Positions 48,873 through 58,217 of a DNA stretch of 64,000 nt are shown piece after piece. Under the pieces are notes generated by a model, which saw only the letters and a list, made by a program, of their open reading frames with translations, was not told where the DNA came from and searched no databases. The DNA is from Nitrososphaerota archaeon (GTDB lineage Archaea; Thermoproteota; Nitrososphaeria; Nitrososphaerales; Nitrosopumilaceae): the NCBI GenBank assembly GCA_028867755.1, contig JAGWFT010000002.1, forward strand, positions 208,018 to 272,017. Reading direction: 5' to 3'. The translations under genes and the position numbers were made by a program. Every line of letters begins with the position of its first letter. Within the stretch, counting starts at the first letter, position 1.

Positions 48873-49271
48873 ATGAAAAGTTGGGTTGTTTTTCTTGCCA
48901 TTACGATAATTATCCTGTCTTCTGCAATGCCATTAGCTCATTCACAGCTTTCTCAGGTGTCTACCAGTCTGCAAAATGGAGTATGGACAGTTCCTGCAAA
49001 CAAGCAGGTGCAAATTGCTGCTGACATAACAAACGGTCTTGATAGGGATCAACCATTTGCTTACATTGTTCAAGTGTCAGACAAAAATGGGGTTGCAATT
49101 CAACTTTCATGGCTTACAGGTACCTTGAGTGCAGGTCAGTCGCTTAACCCATCTCAATCTTGGACACCCACTGTTCCTGGAAATTATACGGCACAGATTT
49201 TTGTGTGGTCGGGAATTAACAACCCCGATGCTCTTTCACCACCTCTTATCATGAAGCTTACGGTAACATAG
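48873..49271 (+). CDS. Secreted Ig-like domain protein (thaumarchaeal family)
   Basis: Signal peptide; QPFAYIVQV, SQSWTP..PGNYTAQIFVW. Confidence 0.75.
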   Translation: MKSWVVFLAITIIILSSAMPLAHSQLSQVSTSLQNGVWTVPANKQVQIAADITNGLDRDQPFAYIVQVSDKNGVAIQLSWLTGTLSAGQSLNPSQSWTPTVPGNYTAQIFVWSGINNPDALSPPLIMKLTVT

Positions 49272-49308
49272 TTCCATATCGGTTATAATTTGGATGGGAT
49301 AAGTATAT

Positions 49309-49665
49309 TTGATGAACAGGAAGGGAGGGCTTGTTACTGGTGTCATTCTTGCTGTTTCGTCAGTTTTCTTCTTCATCTTTCTTGGTTTTCCACTTTTTAA
49401 TTCGCAACCAAGTGATCAGGCAAACTCGCCATTTTCATCAAGCATGCAATCTCCTGACACCATAAACACAATTGCAAGCGACATTGATTCATGTGTCTCA
49501 AATCCGACCTCTGACTGCGATCAGGAGATGTTGCAGGTATCAAAATTCTGTGAACAAAACAAGGGACAAGCACAAAACTATCAGTTTTGTTCAGACGCCA
49601 GAGTCCAGATGTATCTTGAGCATCGCAACATGCAACAAATTACAGTCAACGGCGCAGGCAACTAA
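49309..49665 (+). CDS. Membrane-anchored small protein with four Cys
   Basis: N-terminal TM helix; C..C..C..C in the exported part. Confidence 0.6.
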   Translation: MMNRKGGLVTGVILAVSSVFFFIFLGFPLFNSQPSDQANSPFSSSMQSPDTINTIASDIDSCVSNPTSDCDQEMLQVSKFCEQNKGQAQNYQFCSDARVQMYLEHRNMQQITVNGAGN

Positions 49666-49724
49666 TCTTTAGGGTTTCTTTATTCTGTGTTTTGTTATCT
49701 TATTTTTTGAAATCTTTGTCTTGA

Positions 49725-50228
49725 TTAGTTTTCTAGTGTATCTTTCTGTCTTGTTGAAATCCTCTTGCTTAGAATTGTATACAATACAATGAATGCAATC
49801 TGAAAGAATTCGATTTGAGGTATGCTTGCAATGCCTCTAGGCGGGGGACCTCTTGGAAAATGACCACCAGTAATGTTTCCCTGTGGGGGTCCCTGTGACA
49901 TATTGCCTGGTGGAGCACCTGCTGGCATGTGACCTGAAGGAGCACTTCCTAGCAAACTGTGTGTGTGAGTGGAAAACCATAATATCGTAAAGACTATTGT
50001 CCCTACAATCCCAATAATTTGCCATATTCTGCCCCATTGTTTTATGACTGGGACTGCCCAGAAGATTTGCAATACTCCACCAACTAGGAAGAGTATTCCT
50101 TCGCCGATATCATGTGATATTGACATCGGAACTAATTGTAAATGCAATATGCCAGCAATCACTGTTGTACCAGCAGCTGTAAAAGCAAGAAGCCATGTTT
50201 TCTTGTCTATCTGTATGGTGCTACTCAT
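49725..50228 (-). CDS. Membrane protein with His-bearing TM helices and a Gly/Pro-rich loop
   Basis: AGILHL...H...G.LF..GG.LQ; GHMPAGAPPG...GGHFPRGPPP. Confidence 0.7.
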   Translation of the reverse strand: MSSTIQIDKKTWLLAFTAAGTTVIAGILHLQLVPMSISHDIGEGILFLVGGVLQIFWAVPVIKQWGRIWQIIGIVGTIVFTILWFSTHTHSLLGSAPSGHMPAGAPPGNMSQGPPQGNITGGHFPRGPPPRGIASIPQIEFFQIAFIVLYTILSKRISTRQKDTLEN

Positions 50229-50459
50229 CTATGGGAAATGTCATGTGTGACAATTATAATGTGTTGTCTAACAATGTGAAGGAATAATGTGCCACAAGTT
50301 TTATTAATTATTGTATAACTCCAAAAAAATTCGCTAATCTTATTTCATGATGATTTCATCACTAGATCATAATCATAAATTAGCAATAATAGCAGCTAAA
50401 TTTGAGTTTTCAAATACAATTTAGGTAAGAAACATACCTTACAAAATATTTTTAGATAT

Positions 50460-50870
50460 TTATTTTTCAGTAGCTTTGAGAAACTTTCCCATGTTCTTTG
50501 CAACCAATGGGATTATCTTCTTTGTAATTATTTGATGAAAGTTGTCTGCATCTGCATCAAATGAGAGCAATAGGACATGTGCCAGTCTGCTGTTTTCATC
50601 TGCAATGGGAATTGTGGCCCTTATCAATTTTGTATAGTGTGAGCTTGCATATGATATCTTTCCTAATCTGTACTCCCATCTTAATCTGGTATACTGCCTT
50701 GTTGCAGCAGTGATCGCATATTGTGCTCTTTCTTCAGCACTCAGTAATGGCTTGAGTCCATCTCTATCTGCAGTAGATTCTAGTTTTCCATCTACATCTG
50801 CAATTCCTGCAAATCTTATCTTAGGATCTAGTTTGACTACGTCCCTGCAGAACTCTTCGAATACGTTCAT
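50460..50870 (-). CDS. Thaumarchaeal conserved hypothetical protein (DUF6659/roadblock-like)
   Basis: C..V...DPKIRFAGI...G.L....R.GL..LL...E pattern. Confidence 0.7.
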   Translation of the reverse strand: MNVFEEFCRDVVKLDPKIRFAGIADVDGKLESTADRDGLKPLLSAEERAQYAITAATRQYTRLRWEYRLGKISYASSHYTKLIRATIPIADENSRLAHVLLLSFDADADNFHQIITKKIIPLVAKNMGKFLKATEK

Positions 50871-50987
50871 TCACTAGGGATATTGCCAGTCGCTATATTT
50901 TGTTTTCTGCAAAGCAGATATGTGAGTAATTGAGGCTATGTACTGTAAAACCTAATCTTGATGGAGTGTCAGCAAACGCCAAAAATA

Positions 50988-51197
50988 CTAGTTGTCTTTT
51001 GAAATGCTTCTAGGTTTTGCTTTCTGGAATACAAAATTTACTAGAAGCATAAAGCCAATCCATATTACAAGATACAGAATTGTGGTGTACGATCCAAGAC
51101 ATTTGTGACAGAAGAACTTGGAAACCAGAAATACAATTCCTCCACCTACAAAGACCCCTATTGCATAATCCAAGAGTCGCCACCAAAAATACTTCAT
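50988..51197 (-). CDS. Small two-TM membrane protein
   Basis: Two hydrophobic helices with a CHKC loop. Confidence 0.5.
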   Translation of the reverse strand: MKYFWWRLLDYAIGVFVGGGIVFLVSKFFCHKCLGSYTTILYLVIWIGFMLLVNFVFQKAKPRSISKDN

Positions 51198-51280
51198 TAG
51201 GTCCTGATTGTTATATCAACAATATAAAATATTTTTATAAACTCAGAACATTTATGAGATTAGATTGGGCGTTTTGATGT

Positions 51281-51496
51281 ATGTTCATTGACTGGACAGT
51301 CCCATTGTTAATTGGTGTAATAGGTGGACCTCTTGCAGTGATTGTCAAGATTTGGTACAAAAAGAATAAAAGCACCACAAGCAGGTTTTCTGACAATGGC
51401 ACTTACGTAAGAGATGATTCTTTGTATTCATATGATGAATCTACCAAGTCATCAGAAGACAAGGAAGCCAAGAACAACGAGAAAAACAACTCATAA
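51281..51496 (+). CDS. Small single-TM protein
   Basis: N-terminal hydrophobic helix and charged tail; abuts the next gene. Confidence 0.5.
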   Translation: MFIDWTVPLLIGVIGGPLAVIVKIWYKKNKSTTSRFSDNGTYVRDDSLYSYDESTKSSEDKEAKNNEKNNS

Positions 51497-51523
51497 ATGC
51501 GTGTCTTTGTCCTTGACAACAAT

Positions 51524-52000
51524 ATGGCTCTTCCACCAAAGAGTTCAAACGAATCCAAGGCAGAAATGACTGTCAGGATGTTTCCATCAGACGCCAACCC
51601 TGTAGGAAATGTTTTTGGTGGCGAGATACTAAAACAAATTGATCTCATTGCAGGACTTGTATCGCAAAGACACTCTAGAACAAATACAGTAACAGCAAGT
51701 ATTGACAGAGTAGACTTTCTAAAGCCTGTCTATGTCGGAAATGCGCTTATTCTAAATGCACGACTAAACTATGTTCATCACTCCTCGATGGAAATAGAGA
51801 TCAAGGTGGAAGCAGAAGACTTGATGACAGGAATTAGAACACTGACAAATACAGCATATGTTACGGCTGTTGCACTGGGGCCTAATGGCAAGACTACTGA
51901 GGTGCCGCCGCTCCTACTTGAAACTGAAGAAGACAAGCAAAGATTTGCAGACGGTGAGAGAAGAATGCTGCAAAGACTCAGGGAAAGAGGAAAAATCTAG
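51524..52000 (+). CDS. Acyl-CoA thioesterase (hotdog fold, YciA type)
   Basis: FPSDANPVGNVFGG.ILKQID, VTASIDRVDFLKP, SSMEI; start 51524 (or 51497). Confidence 0.92.
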   Translation: MALPPKSSNESKAEMTVRMFPSDANPVGNVFGGEILKQIDLIAGLVSQRHSRTNTVTASIDRVDFLKPVYVGNALILNARLNYVHHSSMEIEIKVEAEDLMTGIRTLTNTAYVTAVALGPNGKTTEVPPLLLETEEDKQRFADGERRMLQRLRERGKI

Positions 52001-52002
52001 TT

Positions 52003-52851
52003 CTAACCGCAACTAAAAGAGCCTGGAGGGCCATTTTTGAGCACGTCTTGGAACTGTGCTGCAGAATACTGCTTTACTACTGAAAATGGAATTACTCCAA
52101 ATATTGGGGCATCAATAGTTGTGGTAATTTTTGCAAGTGTTGGATCAAATGTAGCATTTGCTTGTTTTAGTTTGAATAATGTAGATGTATTTAGTGCAAA
52201 GACGCCATCAACTGTAGACATGGTCTTGGAGGACAACATATTTCCTCCAAATTCAGCTTTTTCTATAATGTCTGAATTGTAAAATGCAGTTATCTCGTAT
52301 TTGTTAAAACTGGTAGGAAAGAATGAAGGATTGCACACATCTGCCTGTATGTGAATTTCTGTGGGAGAGATTTGGTATTGATTTCCATTATTAGGGCGGA
52401 ATTGAAGTGTGCTTGCTGCATAGGAATCAAGCCCTATGTACGCTACAACTATTGCCGCAATCACAATTGATGCTATTACAATTTTTTTTCTTGAATATGT
52501 GTTTCTAATCTTGTTTGTTTCTGCATCCTCATTGAGATTCTCTTGAGGTGTTTCATCTTTGGGCGATACTATGGTGCCGAGAGGTTCTTCTTGTTTGTTA
52601 GTGGATTCATTCTCGGAAAGATCTGAAACCACAGTCGTGTCTATCTTTGACTGTTCCTGTGATTCTCCAGAAACTTCTTGTAAATAGTTCTGATCAGAAA
52701 CATCAAGGAACTTGCCTTGTTGTAGTGTATCATACATATGCTGCAACCTTACGACGTCTCCTTTTTTAGAATCAATAAGTGACTGAATTAGTCTAATTGT
52801 ATCATCTGACATTCCGTTCAAGTCAGATCGACTCAATTTAAAGGGTTCCAC
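52003..52851 (-). CDS. Single-TM hypothetical protein with an exported LEA-2-like beta domain
   Basis: N-terminal helical module, acidic linker, TM helix, then CNPSFFP..F; fold assignment is tentative. Confidence 0.65.
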   Translation of the reverse strand: MEPFKLSRSDLNGMSDDTIRLIQSLIDSKKGDVVRLQHMYDTLQQGKFLDVSDQNYLQEVSGESQEQSKIDTTVVSDLSENESTNKQEEPLGTIVSPKDETPQENLNEDAETNKIRNTYSRKKIVIASIVIAAIVVAYIGLDSYAASTLQFRPNNGNQYQISPTEIHIQADVCNPSFFPTSFNKYEITAFYNSDIIEKAEFGGNMLSSKTMSTVDGVFALNTSTLFKLKQANATFDPTLAKITTTIDAPIFGVIPFSVVKQYSAAQFQDVLKNGPPGSFSCG

Positions 52852-53008
52852 AGTAAACTGCGATGATGTTTATTGAGTTTGCAACTTGTTTGACTTTGCA
52901 TTCAATAAATAAGAATATGTTATTTGCAAGAAAAAGATGCAGTTATGCCTGCTATCTAATCGGGACGATTGTCGCAGAACCTTTAACAGGATGTCATCTA
53001 TCTAATGC

Positions 53009-53179
53009 ATGGCCTCTTTCAAGTCAGTCGTAAAGGCAATTGTTCTGATAATAAGCGGAATTGCAATTGTTGTTGTCGGCGGATTCATGATGGGAGCAGT
53101 TGCAAGATTGTGGCTACCAAAGGATGCAAAAAAACCAAAAGATCACGATGCAAACCTTGGTAACGATAATACAACATAG
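53009..53179 (+). CDS. Small single-TM protein (56 aa; below the ORF-track cutoff)
   Basis: Manual translation MASFKSVVKAIVLIISGIAIVVVGGFMMGAVARLWLPKDAKKPKDHDANLGNDNTT. Confidence 0.55.
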   Translation: MASFKSVVKAIVLIISGIAIVVVGGFMMGAVARLWLPKDAKKPKDHDANLGNDNTT

Positions 53180-53242
53180 TATATCTCACGTCGTTTTGCA
53201 TTATGAGAGTATTTAATACCGGCACATGTCAATAATTCCAAA

Positions 53243-54001
53243 ATGAGCTTAGAAGGGCTGTCGCACAAGTTTACAATAGTCGGTACTATGATTGCAATCT
53301 GTTTGTTTGTTATAGCAGTCATTGAAGTGTATCATTTCAACGAACTTGTAGATGAAACACAAAAATCAACATCTGATTTAGATCATCTCATAAATAAAAC
53401 TGACAATGTGTTAACAGAGATGCAAAAATCAACCATGAGTCTGACCGTGCTTGTCAATAAGACTGATCAGCTAATAAAAGCACAAAATAGCACAGCTTCT
53501 AACATTTCACAACAAACCATCATGAAAGAATACAGTGATGAGACTCCATTCAAAGTTGGTATATCGTATTGTAATTATGAAGCAAATGACAATGACATTG
53601 CATACTCTATAATTATTTTGGATAAAAATGGGGATCCGACCACATTGAAATTCATGCTAATCAGGTTTTTTGGATATTATACATTGCCAACTGATAATGC
53701 AGTTCGGACTGCAGTAGCAAAAAATACTTTAGAGTATAACACAAATCCAGAACTAGTTGATCCTAGTGATGAAAAATTGCATAGGTTACAACTTTTGCCA
53801 GCATTAAACCAAACTAAAAATTCAAACGACACGTATCTTTTCATACGATCAGAGTATTATTCTGCACCATATTCTGAAGCAACTGGTAACTTGATTACTA
53901 AATATACTTACGACCCTGTAGGACAGCAAATGATAGAATTTAAGAAGAATACTAGCGGAAATTGGGAATTGTACCAAACCCCAAACTCCGTCTGTAAATA
54001 G
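53243..54001 (+). CDS. Membrane-anchored protein with a coiled-coil stalk and exported domain
   Basis: N-terminal TM helix; 21-aa repeat QKST..L..L.NKTD; many N-x-S/T sequons. Confidence 0.7.
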   Translation: MSLEGLSHKFTIVGTMIAICLFVIAVIEVYHFNELVDETQKSTSDLDHLINKTDNVLTEMQKSTMSLTVLVNKTDQLIKAQNSTASNISQQTIMKEYSDETPFKVGISYCNYEANDNDIAYSIIILDKNGDPTTLKFMLIRFFGYYTLPTDNAVRTAVAKNTLEYNTNPELVDPSDEKLHRLQLLPALNQTKNSNDTYLFIRSEYYSAPYSEATGNLITKYTYDPVGQQMIEFKKNTSGNWELYQTPNSVCK

Positions 54002-54042
54002 ACGGTGCGTTAATATAAAACCCAAAAAGTTCTGATAGTAAA

Positions 54043-54711
54043 TTGTCACATCCAAACGAAACGCTTTCAATAAACGATCGCGTCTCAAAGTTAAAGTCAA
54101 TAAAGTACTTTACTCCTGCACGAACTCTCAGTGAGGCAAACTCGATTCTTCCAAAAGTAAACGAGGTCTTAGATAACTATGTCAAATCCCTTGTACCATG
54201 GCAGAGAGAAGGTCAGACCATGCAGCATGCTAGCGATTCATTATGGGATCTCGCAAGGATTGCCGCAGCAAAATCTGGCACGACTAACACTTGGGATTCT
54301 GCATGGGATTATACATGGAAGGAGGCAAGCTACAGTGCGCGAGACAATTATGGGTGGTATGGGGGAGGATATGTCTCAGGTGAATCAGCACGAGATGCTG
54401 CACGTGATGCTGCAAAGTATGCTGCAAGATACCTCGCATACGAGTCTGCAAAAGACAAGCTGCAGAGAACAAATCCATTTAGTTTTATAATTGATCTTTA
54501 CTCTATGGGATTACGACCAACATATTTTAGAAAAATAGATGAGCAAGAAAAATTTATCGTAGACTTTCCACTAAAGGACGGAGACAAATTTCTGATTGGG
54601 TGTTATGCTCATGGAGACAAGGAGATTTTCTTTACTCATCCATGGAAAGAATACTGCTCGAGTCTTATTTCTCTAAAAGGCCAAGACGCTCCAGCCCGAG
54701 TCATAGTATAA
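54043..54711 (+). CDS. Hypothetical protein with Trp/Ala-rich AWD/ARDAA repeats
   Basis: WDSAWDYTWKEA and SARDAARDAAKYAARY. Confidence 0.75.
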   Translation: MSHPNETLSINDRVSKLKSIKYFTPARTLSEANSILPKVNEVLDNYVKSLVPWQREGQTMQHASDSLWDLARIAAAKSGTTNTWDSAWDYTWKEASYSARDNYGWYGGGYVSGESARDAARDAAKYAARYLAYESAKDKLQRTNPFSFIIDLYSMGLRPTYFRKIDEQEKFIVDFPLKDGDKFLIGCYAHGDKEIFFTHPWKEYCSSLISLKGQDAPARVIV

Positions 54712-54754
54712 AATCTACACAGAATTTAAGTATCTGATCTCAATATTGGTATCC

Positions 54755-54874
54755 ATGTGCGAAATGATTGATGAGATAGAGATCGAGCATCTAAAGATGG
54801 CGCTTGCCAGAGCACGAAAAGAAATGCAAGAAGAACCCACAGAAGAAACACCACTGGTTGCTGTTGCTAACTAA
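54755..54874 (+). CDS. Putative 39-aa acidic peptide
   Basis: Manual translation MCEMIDEIEIEHLKMALARARKEMQEEPTEETPLVAVAN; TATA-like TTTAAGTA about 25-30 nt upstream. Confidence 0.45.
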   Translation: MCEMIDEIEIEHLKMALARARKEMQEEPTEETPLVAVAN

Positions 54875-55115
54875 TGGTGTAGTCAAGCCTTACAAGGACT
54901 TGAATCTAAAATTATGAATGAACCGGTTCTGAACTCATTGAATTATTTTTAAAATTTATCAAAAATCAATAACTAATAGTAAAGATATGATGTGGTTCGA
55001 CAAACCAGCCAGAGTACTTCATAAAAATGCAAATTCTAAATTAGTCATATTATAATAAGATCTGGAAAAAATTTGGAATAAGGCTTATCTACTAAATCCA
55101 GACATAATAGCGTTA

Positions 55116-56444
55116 ATGATGAAGAAACAATATCTCGGGTTGCTGCTAATCATACCAATATTTACTGTATCTGCAGCAAGTACCTTTACAATATCTCCAG
55201 CAAATGCGTTGGTACAAAGAGACTTTTCTTTCCTAAATGATCAACATCTAACAGCAGGATTTGGTGAAAACAAAGTTTGCGGAGATCACATGTGTGCACC
55301 TGGAGAATGGAGTAAATTACAAATGTCTATTAATGCTGCCCAGCTTGGCAATAAAACTGAAAGCACATCTCATGTTACAATGACCACTGTTCCATCAATG
55401 AGTGCTCCAGTTCAGAATGTATCTGGCATGACTCCACAAGCATCAACTGCATCATCACAAGACTTAGGTTCTGTTCTAAAATTATCTAATGCCAACCTGC
55501 CAATTGTTATACCGCTGGTAAGGGGCTTATACGATGGTAAAGATGTCTTTTACATCACAACTGAGGCATCCAATTCCAACGTGGCTTCAACTCTTACGAA
55601 CTTTACCAACTTTCCAGTGACATATGCACCAACATTGGCAAAAGCACCTCCGTCTGCTCTTGCACAATTTTATATCTTCAAGAATGGTGTGAAAGGATCT
55701 GGCGAACTTGGATTTCAGCCAACAGTATCAGATTCTATACCTGGAGACTCGGGCTATAGTCCTCTTTGGCAGATTAACTATGTAGAGTGGAAAGATCCAA
55801 CCAATGCCACAATTCTTGGCTCAGATGATCAAATCACTGATGTGTTAAACCAAGGAAAGATCACAGTAACTCCTACCAATATTGTTGTTAACGCTCCAAT
55901 AATTCAATGGGGTGGAAATAACCAAGGTACAATTTCTGCTGGGAATATGAAGATGAGAGACAACATAACTGAATCCGGTGCATATGGAAATGCACAGGTG
56001 CTGAGCATAGATACACAAAAGATGCAAGTGACTTTTGTGGCTCACAGGGGATTTGCACCAGACGGTTCTACCATATACTATATAGCAACCGACGCATCAC
56101 AAATGGGCCCTGCTAACGCATTAGGTGTAGTTTTTACAAACAAGACCCAGAATACAATCTCAACTAGCTCATCTGCAGACCTATACCAATTCTCAAACGG
56201 AATTGCAGGCTCTGGACCACTTGGATTTCAATCAGGAGTCGCTAGTGCAAAAGAAGGTGACAAGTACTATAGCCCCATGTGGAGAATACAGGTCATAACA
56301 TGGAAAGATCCATCGATGGCAACTGTACTTGAAAACATACATGATATTACCAGTAAGAGTGACTTGACAACAACAAAGCTAGCTGGTTTTGTTGTAAATT
56401 GTCCATTTTTCAGTGCAGAAACTGTGTACTCTCATATGCAATGA
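55116..56444 (+). CDS. Secreted protein with two tandem YSP(L/M)W-type domains (DUF7482-like)
   Basis: Signal peptide; VCGDHMC motif; two units each with NG..GSG.LGFQ, YSP.W and VN.P. Confidence 0.8.
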   Translation: MMKKQYLGLLLIIPIFTVSAASTFTISPANALVQRDFSFLNDQHLTAGFGENKVCGDHMCAPGEWSKLQMSINAAQLGNKTESTSHVTMTTVPSMSAPVQNVSGMTPQASTASSQDLGSVLKLSNANLPIVIPLVRGLYDGKDVFYITTEASNSNVASTLTNFTNFPVTYAPTLAKAPPSALAQFYIFKNGVKGSGELGFQPTVSDSIPGDSGYSPLWQINYVEWKDPTNATILGSDDQITDVLNQGKITVTPTNIVVNAPIIQWGGNNQGTISAGNMKMRDNITESGAYGNAQVLSIDTQKMQVTFVAHRGFAPDGSTIYYIATDASQMGPANALGVVFTNKTQNTISTSSSADLYQFSNGIAGSGPLGFQSGVASAKEGDKYYSPMWRIQVITWKDPSMATVLENIHDITSKSDLTTTKLAGFVVNCPFFSAETVYSHMQ

Positions 56445-56462
56445 GATAACTCCAGTAATTGA

Positions 56463-56717
56463 CTAGTACTTCCATTCTTCTGTAATGCCATTCCATAATG
56501 TGCGATAAGGGTTAGCATCTTTTTGGATCTCTTCTTTTATTCTGTTTTGTACGGCAAAGTACATGTTTACCATTGCATCCGCTCCTCCATCACTATAAAG
56601 CTCCCTACCTATCTCCACAATCCTTGATTTTTTTGAATCATAATCTGGTACTGTAGGTGAGTTTTGTATGCAAAAAGTCACCAAGTCGTACAACTCTTCT
56701 TCAAGATATGCATCCAT
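56463..56717 (-). CDS. Hypothetical protein
   Basis: 84-aa ORF, EIGRELY..GG.DAM pattern. Confidence 0.7.
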   Translation of the reverse strand: MDAYLEEELYDLVTFCIQNSPTVPDYDSKKSRIVEIGRELYSDGGADAMVNMYFAVQNRIKEEIQKDANPYRTLWNGITEEWKY

Positions 56718-56803
56718 TGTAAATTACACGGTATTACAAGTGTATAAAAATTTCACTAGTGTTCAATTTACATTGTAGTTGGTTATCTGTTCTGATTCTG
56801 TTT

Positions 56804-57427
56804 CTATGAAGATATTCTCATGAATCTCTCTTCTATCTCAGGCCAGTTGACAACATTCCACCAAGCTTCAACATATGCAGCTCTCTTGTTTTGATACTTG
56901 AGATAGTATGCATGCTCCCAGACATCAAGACCCAATAGTGGAATGCGTCTTTGTGTGCATGGATTTGTCTGATTTGATGTTGTCATAAATTCCAGTCTTG
57001 CATATGTCTGGTTGTATGCAAGCCACCCCCAGCCGCTTCCCTGTATTGATATGGTTCCATCTGAGAATTTTTTCTTGAACTCATCAAAACTACCAAAATA
57101 GACACCTATCTCATCTGCCAGCCTTCCGCTGGGCTTGCCTCCACCATTTGGTTTCATGCTCTCCCAGAACATCCTATGGTTCTCATATCCTCCGCCATAG
57201 AAGTTAATGGCCTCCCTTGCATTTTCTGGTACAGTGGTAAGATCAGACAAGATCCCAACAATGTAGTTTTTGTGTGATAGTGCGTTTATCTTTGCAAGCG
57301 TATCGTTTAGCCCATCTGCATAAGCCTGATGGTGTTTTGTATGATGAATCCTCATGGTTGTCTCATCTATGTATGGCTCTAGTGCACTGTAGGAATATGG
57401 TAGAGGTGGAAGCTCATATTTTCCCAT
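56804..57427 (-). CDS. sod: Fe/Mn superoxide dismutase
   Basis: HHTKHH, NH..FW, DVWEHAYY metal ligands. Confidence 0.97.
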   Translation of the reverse strand: MGKYELPPLPYSYSALEPYIDETTMRIHHTKHHQAYADGLNDTLAKINALSHKNYIVGILSDLTTVPENAREAINFYGGGYENHRMFWESMKPNGGGKPSGRLADEIGVYFGSFDEFKKKFSDGTISIQGSGWGWLAYNQTYARLEFMTTSNQTNPCTQRRIPLLGLDVWEHAYYLKYQNKRAAYVEAWWNVVNWPEIEERFMRISS

Positions 57428-57509
57428 GCTTTGAATTTTGGTAAATTCTCCTTATATCTCATGTAGAATAACTGGAAGGTATTAATCACATTCAAGATAA
57501 AGAACTAGA

Positions 57510-58199
57510 GTGAAATTTTCTCAAATAAAAGAACCAGATCTGCAGAAACCTCTGATGATTGCAGCAATGCAAGACATGGGAGATGTAGGAAGTATAGTGA
57601 TTGATTTTATCGGCACAAATCTTGATACAACTGCCTTTCGAGAAGTTCTTCCATCTTATCCAGCTTATGTTATAGATAACGGTGGTTACATCGACTTGCC
57701 AGAAGAAAAATGGGAATACAGATCTGGCAAGGACACAATTGTTTTTGGGGGAGGCTCTGGGCAGCCATCTTCAACTGAGGAACTAAATGTCTTGTGTCAA
57801 GATGTCATAAATGTTGCAAAAAAATATTCAACAAAATTTATCTACACTCTGGGAGGTTTTCATACAACAAAACCTATTGGAAAAGAGCCAAAGACATTTG
57901 TTACTACAACATCATTAGAAATGACAGACCAAGTAAGAAAACTTGGAATTGAGACAACCCCAGAAGCTTCCATAATCACCGGATTTAACGGCCTCATCTT
58001 GGGATTTGCAAAGATGAATGGAATTCAAGGAATTGGTCTTTATGCTGAGCTCAACGAGCCAAAACTTCCACAATATCGTGCTGCAAAAAGCATAATCAAG
58101 ACACTTGAAAAACTAACGTATCAAAAACTTGGAGATACCTCAGAACTGGATCTTATGGCAGACGAGGTAGAGTCCAAGACTAGTGAACATACAGATTAA
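57510..58199 (+). CDS. PAC2-family proteasome assembly chaperone-like protein
   Basis: QDMGDVG, YTLGG, ITGFNGLILG, P..RAA; GTG start. Confidence 0.88.
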   Translation: MKFSQIKEPDLQKPLMIAAMQDMGDVGSIVIDFIGTNLDTTAFREVLPSYPAYVIDNGGYIDLPEEKWEYRSGKDTIVFGGGSGQPSSTEELNVLCQDVINVAKKYSTKFIYTLGGFHTTKPIGKEPKTFVTTTSLEMTDQVRKLGIETTPEASIITGFNGLILGFAKMNGIQGIGLYAELNEPKLPQYRAAKSIIKTLEKLTYQKLGDTSELDLMADEVESKTSEHTD

Positions 58200-58217
58200 T
58201 CTTTGATTGGTTTTGGA

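Noticed and set aside
54875-54950. TGGTGTAGTCAAGCC resembling a tRNA D-arm start
   Set aside because: No acceptor stem, anticodon arm or TTCGA T-loop follows; more likely terminator hairpins
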